Shown piece by piece: positions 47,521 through 62,442 of a stretch of DNA of 64,000 nucleotides (position 1 is the stretch's first letter; the number at the start of each line of letters is the position of its first letter). Origin of the DNA: the human T2T-CHM13v2.0 reference genome, Homo sapiens; assembly GCF_009914755.1 (NCBI RefSeq), contig NC_060927.1, one strand, 5' to 3'. The translations under genes and the position numbers were made by a program. The notes under the pieces were generated by a model. The model was not told the origin of the DNA and searched no databases. It was given only the letters and a program-made list of their open reading frames with translations.

Positions 47521-48799
47521 TCACTTTAGCTGGTGCGTATTAGGATTCAACAGTTATTGTTGTCAATATGTTTTTCATCATCTAGAAGTTTAGCACTTGA
47601 TAATGCAACAAAAAAATACCCTCAATATTTCCATAAAAGATTAACACAAGATTTCTAAGTCTATAATATATTTTCTCCCAGTAGGGGGTCATGTTTGAAT
47701 ATAAAGTCTTTTCTGTGCTGATATTCAGTTGAGGCAGATGATGAAAGAGCTCAGTTGGGGGCATCAGGGAATTCATAAACCTGTGATAGAATCAAAGACT
47801 TGTTTAAGGCAGATGCAGTACATGGAAAAGTCATTAATGCCTTCAAAATGTAAGTTAAAAGTTATGAGTAATAAGAAATTCTTAAAGTCCTCTAGACAGT
47901 ATGCTGAAATTTAGCATTCAGCAGTATTGTTGTACCTATTTTTTCCTTAGGGTGGCTTCTCATCCTTTTTTATTAACTCATGCATTGAAGGTATTTCTGA
48001 GCTCCTTACATGATAAGAACCTCAAAGAAAAATAGTCAATCTCTGTTAGACATAAAGTTGGCAGGAGTTATTTTTCCATTTCCCTCTAAGCCTTTCCGTT
48101 TAAGAAGTTGTTTGAGTACAAAGCTAAGTTTCTTTTCTACTTGCTACAATTGTTCTATCTCACCATTACTTTCTGCTATCATAATGCCTACTTTTAACAA
48201 CACAAATTTGCTTTGTTTTTCAACCAAACACTATGTAATGAAAACAGCTGACTGGGGAAAGATAATTTGCAGAATTATTGCTTAAGTTCACATTTTGACA
48301 AATAACTGTCTCACTCCTCTGAGTCTCCCATTTTTTTTCCTCTTTCATCCGATTAAAAATTATTTGATTTATTACTTCCAGACAAAAGATAAATCATATT
48401 TCCTGGTGTACTTTTAAATCAAAACTAAATAAGACAAAGTAGTTTAATAATATTTTATTCCAGACTTACTTATCTCCATAACCTTTAGCTTAGCCCTGTC
48501 AGGAGTGATATGTCAATGATATCCTTTCATACAGTATTTATTCCCTGTAATTTCCCATCTTCTTTTATTTGTGGAAAGTGACAAAAAATGCCAAAGAAAA
48601 TGTCCAATGAATCCCACTGTGATTCAATCTTCCAGTTGCTATTTGATTTATTCTCTTTAATTCACATTTTATTATAGTACCTATCCTCTCCCTGATTACC
48701 ATTAAAAGTGGAACAAAATCATAACTTCTTGTCTTGACATTGAAGAATTTTTAAAATTTAATACCAATAGTGAATACTGTTTTATTTTTCTGCCCAGCC

Positions 48800-49350
48800 T
48801 CCTTCTTTTCTTCTATTACTAATACTGTAAAGTATTCCCTTTGGGATACTAATTTCCTTCATCTTTCAGCCAATGTAGTAACCAAACTCAGTTGACTTTG
48901 CTACCAGCTTCTGGGTGCATATGTGACTCAGGCTTGGCCCATCAAAACATCACATTCTCGGGTCTCAATGTTTATTCTAGGAATGGGTAAAAGATTCAAT
49001 CAGAACTTATCAAAACCAACTGTGAGACTTTTGGAGGAGAGATTACTCTCTTCATCCCTGAACTTGGGTTTTGAAATGTAAACCTTGAAGCTTTTACTAG
49101 ACATCTTATCATCATGAGGGGAAAAATTATGTTTAAGAATGAGACCAATAGAGAGAAAAGCAGATAACAGAGATAAGTAGAAACAAGGCTTGGTTTTGAT
49201 GACATTGACTTAGTTTCTTGATCAAGCCATGCCTGAAAGTGCAAAACTCTGAATTTTTTTCTTTACATGAGGTAATATATTCTCTCTGTGTATCTTTTTT
49301 TATTTCAGTTTTTACTAAATTTCTACCAATTCCTACGAAAAGTATTAACT
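48800..49350 (+). mobile_element. MLT1J/K-like MaLR LTR
   Basis: atgtgactcaggcttggcccatca...ttgatgacattg...gatcaagccatgcctgaa. Confidence 0.55.
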
Positions 49351-50109
49351 CAGCACATATCCAATCATATCTCAAAATTCTTCTCCATGAAATACTTGTT
49401 TTTGAAATGTTTAAAACATTTTTAAACACATCATTGACTTCTCTAACTGAAATATTCTATCATTATGAGATTTTCCTTTCATTTTGGATTATTTATTGTG
49501 CTTTTGGATTATTTATTTTCTTCCTGAATTCCTGCTACCTAAATTTAAGATGCAAATAAATTTACATTATAAAAGTTATTTATGTTGTATAGTCTTATAA
49601 GATCCCTCTAACATTGTTATTAGCTATCACTTACATACTGAGCTATTGGACAGCATTTATAACTTGTACTGATTCCAACACTATCATATATGCTGTTTAA
49701 CTACCGTATCTTTTATTTTGTTCTATCCTCTGTTATGAGGAGGAATGCCTTACCTAGAAAAGCTCGGTGAACATACTTCAGCCTGTAAAAGTATATGCAT
49801 GAAATGCGTTCATTGGTGGGAGATTCTAAACCAGAAATTTCAAACTTAAATACTCCCAGGGACCAGGCAACATAAAAGTGTAAAGTTAACATCAGACCAT
49901 AGGTGCTAAGCTCTTGTACTATGTCCAGCCTCAACAGTGGCTTAGTTACATTGACCTTTCAAACCGATTGCCCCTTAAAATATGAAAGCTGTGTGCCAGC
50001 CAACCACAATGGCCAAACCAAACACAGTGCTTACCTAATGTAGCCGCTGGGCTGATGGCCAACATCTTGGGTGAAGGCATCCATTACTCCTCTAGATTTC
50101 AGCTGTGAA

Positions 50110-50335
50110 TGCTGCACTTTTAATGTTGTTTGTGTCCTTACACCCCCTATACACAGACATACACACACACACACACACACACAAACAGTCACTATGTGAT
50201 GGAATTGATACATTAATTGATTTGATTGTGGTAATCATTTCACATTGTATTCTTATGTCAAATCGTTACACTGTATATCTTCAACATGTCGAATTTTAAT
50301 TTGTCAATTATGCCTCAGTAAAGTTGAAAAAAATA
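50110..50335 (+). mobile_element. L1MA/MB-type 3' end with (CA)n
   Basis: actatgtga...ttaatt..tttgattgtggtaatcatttcaca...ttgtcaattatgcctcagtaaag. Confidence 0.75.
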
Positions 50336-50595
50336 TTTTTTAGACACGCAACTTCTACCCCAGATAATTAGTAATATCATATCATGAGTGTCCATCCCAC
50401 TGTAGAAATAGTTTACATCTTCTATACATCTAAAGGGTCAATCATAACTAAAAATGTTTTTATGTGAGGGATTATTAAATAATTTAACTTGCAAAGAATT
50501 TAAAATAGACTTGTTATATTAAAACAAGCATGGATATATTATAAAGTAGATTATAATTTTTATAGGAATTTACATGAACAAATTTAAGCAGACTC

Positions 50596-50899
<304 letters not shown>

Positions 50900-52120
50900 T
50901 TAAGCAGACTCTTAAACCTAATTCCTCATTAAAAAAAGTCTGTACCTCCTTTCTCCCAATAAAACAAAACATCCAATCAAACTAAAAGAAGTTACTAAGC
51001 ATGCATGTTCTCCTCTCTCTATCTATTAGGCTCTTATGGTGAAACTATTGAGAAACACTATTCTAAAATGATTTCTTTTCCTAGGACATTTCAAAAGTAT
51101 GCAGATATTTATGGAATTAGAAGCTCTGTCTAATTTATTTTTTAAAACCATTGCTATCTCTAGTCAGTTCAACAAACAAGTATTGTTTGTCTCCCCTATA
51201 CCAAAAACTGTGTTAAATGCTGAAGAATTACAATATAAACAGCTCCTGGAACTGGAGAAATAACAGTTGCTTGGGGGAAGGGAAGAAGTGAACTTAGTAG
51301 ACTTGTTCCCATCTTGGGTTTAACGTTCACATTTTTACTTACACAGAAGACACTATACTGGGAAGTTCATGTCAAGGAAGGCCTTTACAGTCTGGCTGAG
51401 GCTTAGGTTTGAATTTTATGCATGGCTAGTCATTGAATGTAGTTGACCTCCCACTGTTAATAGCTCTCTCCTGCCATAATTTATTGTATTTCGTGAGTAA
51501 AATGAGGTGCTTTGGGGCATTATTGAATGTGATGATTGCAGAGGTCTCAGAATATATCCATCAAAAATGTCAGGGGTTTTCTCTACAGAGATTTGATGAG
51601 CAGTTTGAATACTTTAAGGACATTTCTGACTTTTAGAGATTTATATAGTCTTAAAAAGTATGAATGTTTCTCTCCCCATGAAAAACGAGAAAAGCTGAAG
51701 TCCCATCTACCCAACTCCTGCAGTGTATTTATTTTTGTCTAAATATCAGTAAGTTTTCCCCAAGGTGTTAGATTTTTTTTAATAGCCTGGGGGAACATGT
51801 CTTAAAATCCTGCTGCCTGTGGTTTGAGAAGCTACCTCACCTGGCTCAGTCTTCATTTGCAGTTGCGGCTGGTTCTGGTCTAGGTTTCCACAGTTGTACA
51901 TACGTATGTGTTTATTAAATGAAGAAATAAAATGAATCTTCTTTATGTGGGAAAATCCTTACTGTGATCATTCCAGTGGTGAGAATGGGGTACAGATTCC
52001 CAGGAATTCTGAGGCTTTACTGATAAATATTAATTAAGCTCCAGACAGATCAATTGAATGCCTGCCATGTGTCGTGGACTATGAAAGAGGCAATGAGATT
52101 TATACATAAGATGCAGTCAT

Positions 52121-52841
52121 TCCCACACCAGTCAGAATGGCTGTTGTCACAAAGTCAGATAATAACAGATGCTGGCCAGGTTGCAAAGAAAAGAGAATGC
52201 TTATACACTGTTGGGAGGGTAAATTCATTCAACCATTGTGTAAGACACTATGGTGATTCCTTAAAGATTTAAAAACAGAAATACCATTCGATCCAGTAAT
52301 CCCATTACTGGGTATATACCTCCAAAATATAAATTGTTCTCTTATAAAGACACACACACATGTATGTTCACCGCAGCACTATTCACAACAGCAAAGACAT
52401 GGAATCAACCTAAATGCCTGCCAATGATAGACTAGATAAAGAACATGTGGTACATTATACTGTGGAATACTATGTAGCCATAAAAAAGAGCAAGATCACC
52501 TCCTTTGCAGGGACATGGAAGGAGCTGGAGGCCATTATCCTTAGCAAACTAATGCATGAACATAAATCCAAATACCTCATATTCTCACTCGTAAGTGGGA
52601 GCTAAAAGATGAGAACACATGGACACATAGAGGGGAACAGCACACACTGGGGCCTATAGAGGGTGGAGGGTGGGAGGAGAGAGAGGATCAGGAAAAGTAA
52701 CCAATGGGTACTGGGCTTAATACGTGAGTGATGAAATAATCTGTACAACAAACCCCCATAACACAAGTTTAGCTATGTAACAAACCTGCACATGTACCCC
52801 TGAACTTAAAATAAAGTTTAGGGAAAAAGAAACATAAAACC
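52121..52841 (+). mobile_element. 5'-truncated older L1PA (PA13-16-like) 3' end
   Basis: cacaccagtcagaatggct...ggagctggaggccattatcc...aaacctgcacatgtacccctgaacttaaaataaag; TSD ATGCAGTCAT at 52111-52120 and 52842-52851. Confidence 0.9.
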
Positions 52842-53126
52842 ATGCAGTCATGCTTCCCAAGGAATGAATGGATAGGTGTGACCATCCACAATGCTATGTG
52901 CAATCTTACTGCTTTTACTAGGGAATTTTTCTTACCTGTCTTGCCCAAGGGTTTGAAAAATTTTCTCAGTACATAAAGTTTGAAGGACGGGGCATTGCAA
53001 TTATGAGCTAACTTTAAATCTCAACTCTGTCATTTTGTAAGCCATTTTTAAACCTTTGTGATCCTGTTTCCTTATCAGTAAGCTGGTGATGATTATGGCA
53101 GCAGTATCATAAGAATAAAATTGATA

Positions 53127-53505
<379 letters not shown>

Positions 53506-54581
53506 TCAATCTCGCTCATTTTCTTTGATAGTCTTGTTTAAAATCACGGAATGAACTGTTAAAATAATAGATCACAGATACTTTTTTGATAGGGTTAAAT
53601 ACTATTTCCACACTATTCCTCAATTCACATACCACAGTATAAATAAAGACCATTTTAACTCTAAATAGTATATATATTGAAAATACTGTATTTACCCATT
53701 TGAGCTTTGTACCTACTACCACTTTCTCATTCTGCTCAGGGTCAGTTTATTGGTCCTGTCTTTGTTGTACCTGGATGGATGCTGTCTGCTTTGGATTTAA
53801 TACTTTCTCTATTTTGATTGAAAATAAATTGCCACTCAAGCACCATTTATAGATAGGAACCTAATAACCTCAAAAACTGTACATTTATTTTAGTTACTCC
53901 CTGTGGACTCCCATAGCACATTCTTGATAGCACTGGTATACTCTGAACATTATATTTCTTAAAAATATCATTAACTGGTGTTTCTGAGTAAGTAAATAAC
54001 ATAAGGCCACTGTAAAATGAGATAAGGAAGATACAATAATATAAATATATACGTAAAAGGATGTTTACAGTGCTGGGTGTAGGGGCGAAACAAAAGGGAA
54101 AACATTGAAAGCAAGTTAAATATCTGTGAATAGGGAAATTATTGAAACCACTGCGGTTCATTCATACAATGGAACATGGAAAGCATCACAATACGGTGAC
54201 TTTCCTGTGTTGATGGTGTAGCTCCCAGGCTATAAGAATTCCCCACCTGTAGTAACAGTCATTAAATTCATTTTTTTGGGTGATTATTAAAATTAATGAG
54301 TTAAATCTATTATCTTTTGACCTGGAATAATGTCCACAAAAGTGAGAGAAGCATGCTGCATAAAAACATAAAAACAAAGCAAAGAATCCTTTATATTTCA
54401 TAAATGATTGTAGAGGTTTGTATTAGAATGATAAAAGGTATAGAAATATACACAGCAGAATGTTAAATTGGTTGGTGGGCATGAAGAGGAGGTAGAGACG
54501 GTAAGGAGATATAGAGTTTTTTAAAATATGAAAAAAAAACGAAGCTTAACTTTCTTGGTCAATAAAAGTGAAGAAACTTAA

Positions 54582-54938
<357 letters not shown>

Positions 54939-55139
54939 TTAGATGGAAAAAGACAAAATACAAACAACAGAAACTCCAGACTTTATTTGGTAAAGGGGTC
55001 GTAAGCGATTGTTGTCTAGAATTAATTATTTAACTATTTTTGGAATGGTGTTTTGCATTATTTAGAAAGAGAAAAAAGTATAAAAAATAAAATACATATA
55101 ATCTAACAATTCCATTATAAACACCGACCGCACTGCTTA

Positions 55140-55285
55140 TTTCCTTCCCATTGGTCAGTTGTTTGCTTCCTTCTTTCCTTCCTTCTCAGTTCCGCTCCTT
55201 TTTCCCCTTCTTTTCCTTTCCTTTCTTTTCTCCCCGTTTGTGTTCATTTCCTTTTCTCTTCTCCTTCTTTTCTTCATCTATCTAC
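55140..55285 (+). repeat. CT-rich low-complexity tract
   Basis: ttccttctttccttccttc...ttttcctttcctttcttttc. Confidence 0.8.
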
Positions 55286-58200
55286 TTACTTTTGTAATAT
55301 TATATGGGTATAATGGAAACATTTTAATATAATGTTTAATATCTTTTAAAATAGGATTCTGTGTTGCCACTATATTCCCATTATATGGAGACACCCTAAG
55401 TTGTTAACCTTCTTTGGTTTGAACATTGGCTTCTATCATTTGGTAGTGAATTTCTGTCGTTTTGCATATGACCATGATTATCCTCAAGACAGAGTGACAG
55501 TCTAATTTATCTTTGGGTTTTGTCTTTGTCCTTCCAAAATAGTAACAGCACACGCTAAGTACTCAGTGTTAGTTTTTCTGACTAAAGAAATAAGTTTGCT
55601 TGTTTCCTGCTTTGAATGTTAACTGTATCTGACATGAAGATCAGTTATGGAATTCACCAGTTAGCATTGTGTTTACATGTTTACATGTGTTTACATCTAT
55701 TAAGAACAGTGCTTTTCGGAAGAAAGTAATATTCCTCTGCTTTAATTAAACATATGCATGTTTTCAGTAAAGAATAATGTTTCTGTTTCTTTAAGTATAC
55801 CTTAATATTATAGGCCTTATATTTTACCAGAAGGACCCGATTTAAAGCAAAAGTTGAATGCTCTGTAACCTATAATCAACCCACACACAGTCTATCAAAA
55901 TAGCAAAATATCATTTCTTTCCTATAGAAATATATAAGCTTCTAATTTACAAATCTGTATGTTTATGTTATCAACATGAACTTGTATCTCATCTTTCTGT
56001 TTATGGGTGCGTGTTTCTTACATTCACCATTTTTACTGAAACGCAAGTGGCAACTCTTATTTGCCAAGAAAAGATGACAAAAAATAAAGAAATGCTTTCA
56101 CAATAAAGGGAGAATTTGCAGTAGCAGAAAATTATTAGCTGAGAAAAAATGTTAAAATAAGCTTATTACTTGAGCCATGCTTTTTACTATGAAAGTGAAA
56201 AGTTAGAAATCATTATTTTAAAACTTTCACAAGGAATAAAACGTTTATGCATATAGTCAGGGATTTGAGGTCTGAATTATTCAGAGTATTTATCTGTATA
56301 GTTCATATTCCATGGATATTGGCTCAAATCTCTATTTTGCCTGATAAAGATTTCATTTTCAGTTTGACCACATTGAACTGGGTACTAAGCATTCAAAAGG
56401 TTGTTACATCTCATTTTTTGCAGAAAAAGAATGAAATAATGGAAAACTTATTGACATACATAATAAGTGCAAACCAAAGACTGTGTAGGCATTATTATGT
56501 AAAAAGTTCATGCCCAGAGAGAAATTAGAGCAGGATACAGTTCCTCAGGGCAAGGAACTGCTAACTATACACCCAGCTCTGTGACATTTAGCATTCTGTG
56601 GCCAGCCAAAAATAATAATGTTAGTAAGTGTATTGCCAGTTTTAATTAAGTCGCAAGTGAAATATTTGTCATTCCAGTTTCTCAGAACTTTTGTGCTGTG
56701 TATATGTTTCCATTGTTTATTGTTTTATGATTCTTCTGTAGATTGGTGAATGGAAATACCTGAAATTGCAAGATTAGTCCGGCTGCAATGATATAATGCA
56801 TACGTCTATACTTTATAAAATGCAGAGTGTTGTAAACATTTAGACATTGTCACTTCTTATCATTGCGTGTATCATGCAAGTATATAATCCAGATATTGTG
56901 GAAAGTCCCAAGCCAACATCTGTAGTCATTTTAAATGTATGGAGACTATTAACACTTCCAAATGTCATTCCCTCTGGATGAGACACAAATCACTTAAAAA
57001 GAACCAGTGACTACTTAATACCCCAGCGAAAAACAAAGACAATGAGTACAACTTTTCTGTGTGCATCAGTTTACCATTGTTTCCAAAGCTAATAGAAAGA
57101 TCCTCAAATGCATACTTTTACATACTAATATGTTGCATTTCACACTATAAACCAGACCCAGCATATCTGTTTAAGCATCAGGTGCTTTATCTAATCCAAG
57201 TATACTTAATTACTTAAATTGTAATTAATTCAAAAAATGATGTGAATAAGCAGGAAAATATTCAAGAATTTACATATTCTCCATTTCAGCGACCGTTAGC
57301 CAAACTCAGATTTAGCTGACAAGCTTATCCCAGTTTTTGTTCTCTCCCTCTTTCTTAGTATCTTCCATTAAGTTTCTTGAAACTTATTAATCTCATCAGT
57401 AGGAGACCATATCAGTCTTCTTACTTATTAACTAACATGGGTCAACTTCAAAGTTAACTTTTGCTAGATTCTATAATCTAAACTTGATGTAAAGAACAAA
57501 AATAAGGCTTTCTATATTTATAGCCCACTTATTTTCAGTTTGGAGAAACATGGAGAACCGTTCAGAAACCAATGGTCAGCTAATTGTGCAAACACTAAAC
57601 TTTTCAAAAGAAAACTTACTTAGGAAAGAAAATAAATGTTTAAGAAACTAAATTGGATAAATATATAACATTTTTCCAGGTATTTAACTATAATAGTTTC
57701 TCTACATATCTTTTCCTGTGAATTTTCTTTGGAAAGCTGACTTTAAGTACACAAAATTAAGATGAATTGTTCATCTTCAGTTAACACGATAGTATTTTGT
57801 CTCAGACTCATGAACTGACAAAGAAAGCAGATAATCCTAGGTTGATTTACAGAGCAACAGCTATCTTTGCAACCAGAGGGTTAGAAGTGAAAAGGAAAAA
57901 AAATCTTATCTTAAATAATAAGACTCCCTACATATTTGCAGAATAAATAAAAATGAAATATCTACAGAGAGGACCTAAATTCCCAGCCACAATATCCATA
58001 TTTTTGGATATCATTCTGCTGTTGATACTATCTGTAGTCTTTCCACACTTGCTTAGCTTGTCATCAGTTTCCTTCAATAGTTTGAAACCTGCTTCAGAGA
58101 CAGATGTGTACCAATGGAGGCATGATTACATGTGAGAGGCTGGACTGTGAATAGCAGAAAAAATACAGGGGCAGAGACAAATAAATATTTTTTGTTATAG

Positions 58201-58349
58201 TCGCAAACCAAGTGGATGGTGCCCAATTCGTAATGCTGTTGGTCATGATTTTGATTTTATTAATATAGGACCAGATTTCTAGGTGTATGTTGTATTCTTT
58301 GTCCAGGCTAGAGAGTAAAGAAAAGGAAGTAGGGTAATTCCCTATTTCT

Positions 58350-58660
58350 TTTTCTTTATTTTTTAAGTTGTATTGATATATAACAGTTGTACGTATTTTG
58401 AGGGTACATGTGACATTTTGATACCTGTATACGTTGTGTAATGATCAAATTAGGGTGATTTGGATATCTATCACCTCAAACATTTGTCTTTTCTTTGTCT
58501 TGGGAACATTACAATTCTTCTGGCTGTTTTGAAATATAAAATAAGCTATTGTTAACTATAACCTCACTAATATACTATTGAACACTAGAACTTATTTTTT
58601 CTATCTAATTGTGTTTTTGTACTGATGAACTAATTTCTTTTCATCCAACTTCCCTTCTTC
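58350..58660 (-). mobile_element. L1MA4/5-like 3' end
   Basis: gggtacatgtgacattttgata...gtgtaatgatcaaat.agggt...atcacctcaaacattt...gaacactagaacttatt. Confidence 0.85.
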
Positions 58661-60104
58661 TTTGTCTTCTACCGATCCTAAGTCTAATTTGACCACTTTT
58701 CTGCCGGTCCTGTATTTAAAAAAGAAGGAACTCAAGAAGTATCAAAAGAAGGAGTGTTCAAGTGGAAAACACTGAAGTAGATTTTACTTGCTCAGCATCC
58801 CACGGATTTGGGGGAGATTTTTGTGTCCATTGCTTACCTTCAGGTGGCCAGCAAAGCCAACCAGTGGAATGAATTTAACATGTCCACAACTCTGGAAGAA
58901 AAGCTGTTGTACAATGTGCAGTGGGTACAGGTGCACACAGTCTACCGCCATGGAGTATAAATATAAAACAGAATTTATTGTGAGGAAAAACCTAGAAGCA
59001 GAAAAGCACTACAGAGGTTCCCCCGAGGTCTCATTATTCCACACAAAAATGTGCTTAGGCTGGGTGTGGTTGAGCTGGATATAGCACGGAAGTTTCCAAC
59101 ACAGGGCTCCTATTCCTTCAAGCCCCTCAGATTTAAAGGGAACAGGGCGGTAGGACACATCTCTTTGATGCTGTAACAATGGTAATTTATAGCTAAGGAA
59201 GTGGCTTCCTTGGTAAAAAGCCTCTGGATCTCTATGACAAGTCCTAGTCTGATCTGCTGATGTGGCTCAGACATGCAGAGTCCACCCACTGCTTGCCCAA
59301 CAAAATGGGGAGGACTGAAGCTTCCCATGCCATCTGGATGTGTCTGTCTTCACAGGTCCAACTCTTTGGCACCTTCTATTGTACTGAGGAATAAAGCTTT
59401 AATTTAGAGCATGTCTCAGTCAACAAGGCACCTGTGTAAACAGCCCCCTGCTCAAAAGGCTGCTGTCTGGACTCTCTCCACAAACACTCAGAGGCTCCAG
59501 CCAGCAAGGGAAAGCCACCCTGTACAGTTTGGAAGACAGCTCTTTGAAAACCCATTGTGGATGTCACAGTGATGCATTGCCTTATCTTAGGGATGGAGCT
59601 CTGCCGAGGACAACCAGTTGCTGAGAGGCAAAGCTCATCATTTTGAAGGGCTAGGTGAAGGCCCATTTAATTTCCTCCAGGAGAAAATGTCACCACCACC
59701 ATTGGTAAGCACAGGGGATGCAGAGTGAAATTTGGCTACATCTTCATACAGAGTTGCTCCTAGAAGAGAAAGACATGATTTATGACTGAAGAGCCAGTAT
59801 TTTCCCCTAGGAAATTTATTTCATTTATGAATAAAAAAAGGGAAAGATATTTAAACAAGAAATTTCCTAGTTTTGTTGATGATCTGAAAACCTCCCCTGC
59901 CACTTCGGCTGTAATAAAAAAAAAAGTAAACTGAATTCACAACAACTGGTGATTTCTATGCCAGTGACTGAGAAGCAGAGAGATTAATATCTCCCCAAAC
60001 AAAATTCACTAATGATGCTTCTCTCCCCAAAAGAGTGAGTATTACTTGGTTTCTAGATAACACATTTTATTTCACATTTCTTAATGCCCAGTGAGTTTCA
60101 GGTA

Positions 60105-60148
60105 AACACACACATAAACACACACACACACACACACACATGCACACA
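60105..60148. repeat. (CA)n microsatellite
   Basis: acacacacataaacacacacacacacacacacacatgcacac. Confidence 0.9.
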
Positions 60149-60265
60149 TCTTACATAAAATTATATTTATTAAGTGCCCTCAAGTCAACTTCTTTTTACT
60201 TTGGAACATCACAAAACTTATTTTATGAGGCACATCTTTTGGTACACCAGATGTTTTTGAACTAA

Positions 60266-60595
<330 letters not shown>

Positions 60596-60885
60596 TATTT
60601 ATTTATATTTTTTGAGTCAGGGTCTCACTCTTTCACCCAGGCTGGAGTTAAGTGGTGCGATCACGGCTCACTGCAGCCCTCACCTCCCTGGGCTTAGGTG
60701 ATCTTCCGACCTTAGACTCCTGAGTAACTGGGCCTACAAGCAAGCCTGGTTAATTTTTCTGTTTTTTGTAGAGACAGGGTTTTGCCATGTTGCCCAGGCT
60801 AGTCTCTAACTTCTAAGCTCACGTGATCTACCCTTCTCAGCTCCCAAAGGCCTGGCATTACAGGCGTGAGCCACCACACCTGACC
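60596..60885 (-). mobile_element. AluJ
   Basis: gatcacggctcactgcagcc, ttttgtagagacagggttttgccatgttgcccagg; outer TSD CTAAACA(G/A)GTTTATT at 60262-60276 and 60886-60900 brackets both Alus. Confidence 0.9.
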
Positions 60886-61485
60886 CTAAACAAGTTTATT
60901 AAAATAAGTGGAAAATAAACAACTGCCTTTTTTTTTTGGTTAAGTAATGATTTGATAGGCAATTACAATGTTTTATAAAGATGCTCTGGATAAATATGTT
61001 TTTAATTTGAAACACAATCACATAAACTCTACATCTGTCAAGAAAATATTTTTCTTCGTGTCATTTTCTACAGCATTGCAGCCAGCACAGGACACATAAA
61101 ATGTGGAAATATAAACCCTATACCAACCTCATGGTGGTGTTACAGGAACTCATTAATACCTTTGTCTTACAATTGCCTTTGCATTGCTTAGTTGATGCTA
61201 GCTACTATGATTATTATTACTCTTTTCCAAAATTTTCATGTATTGCACTTTTTATCTTTTCTTAATTAAATGTCGTGTTATTGTATTTGTTTTATTCATC
61301 CCAGCTTACACGATGTATTTTGAATTACTGCACCCAATCTCTTTATATCTCTCCCAATCCATGCTGTATTCCCATTTGATGAGCTTTGCATAAAGGTGAT
61401 GTTGAACAAGACAGGCCTTATGATAGAGCTCTGGAAGTTACCTAGAAGCCTCCTTTATCCCTACCTGAGTATTTAGCATTACTTT

Positions 61486-62442
<957 letters not shown>

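Noticed and set aside
58781-58960. + strand reading ...DLGEIFVSIAYLQVAS... faintly like a synaptotagmin C2B start
   Set aside because: Similarity covers about 12 residues, is bounded by stops, lacks the rest of a C2 domain and has no convincing splice signals; BLASTX would be needed.
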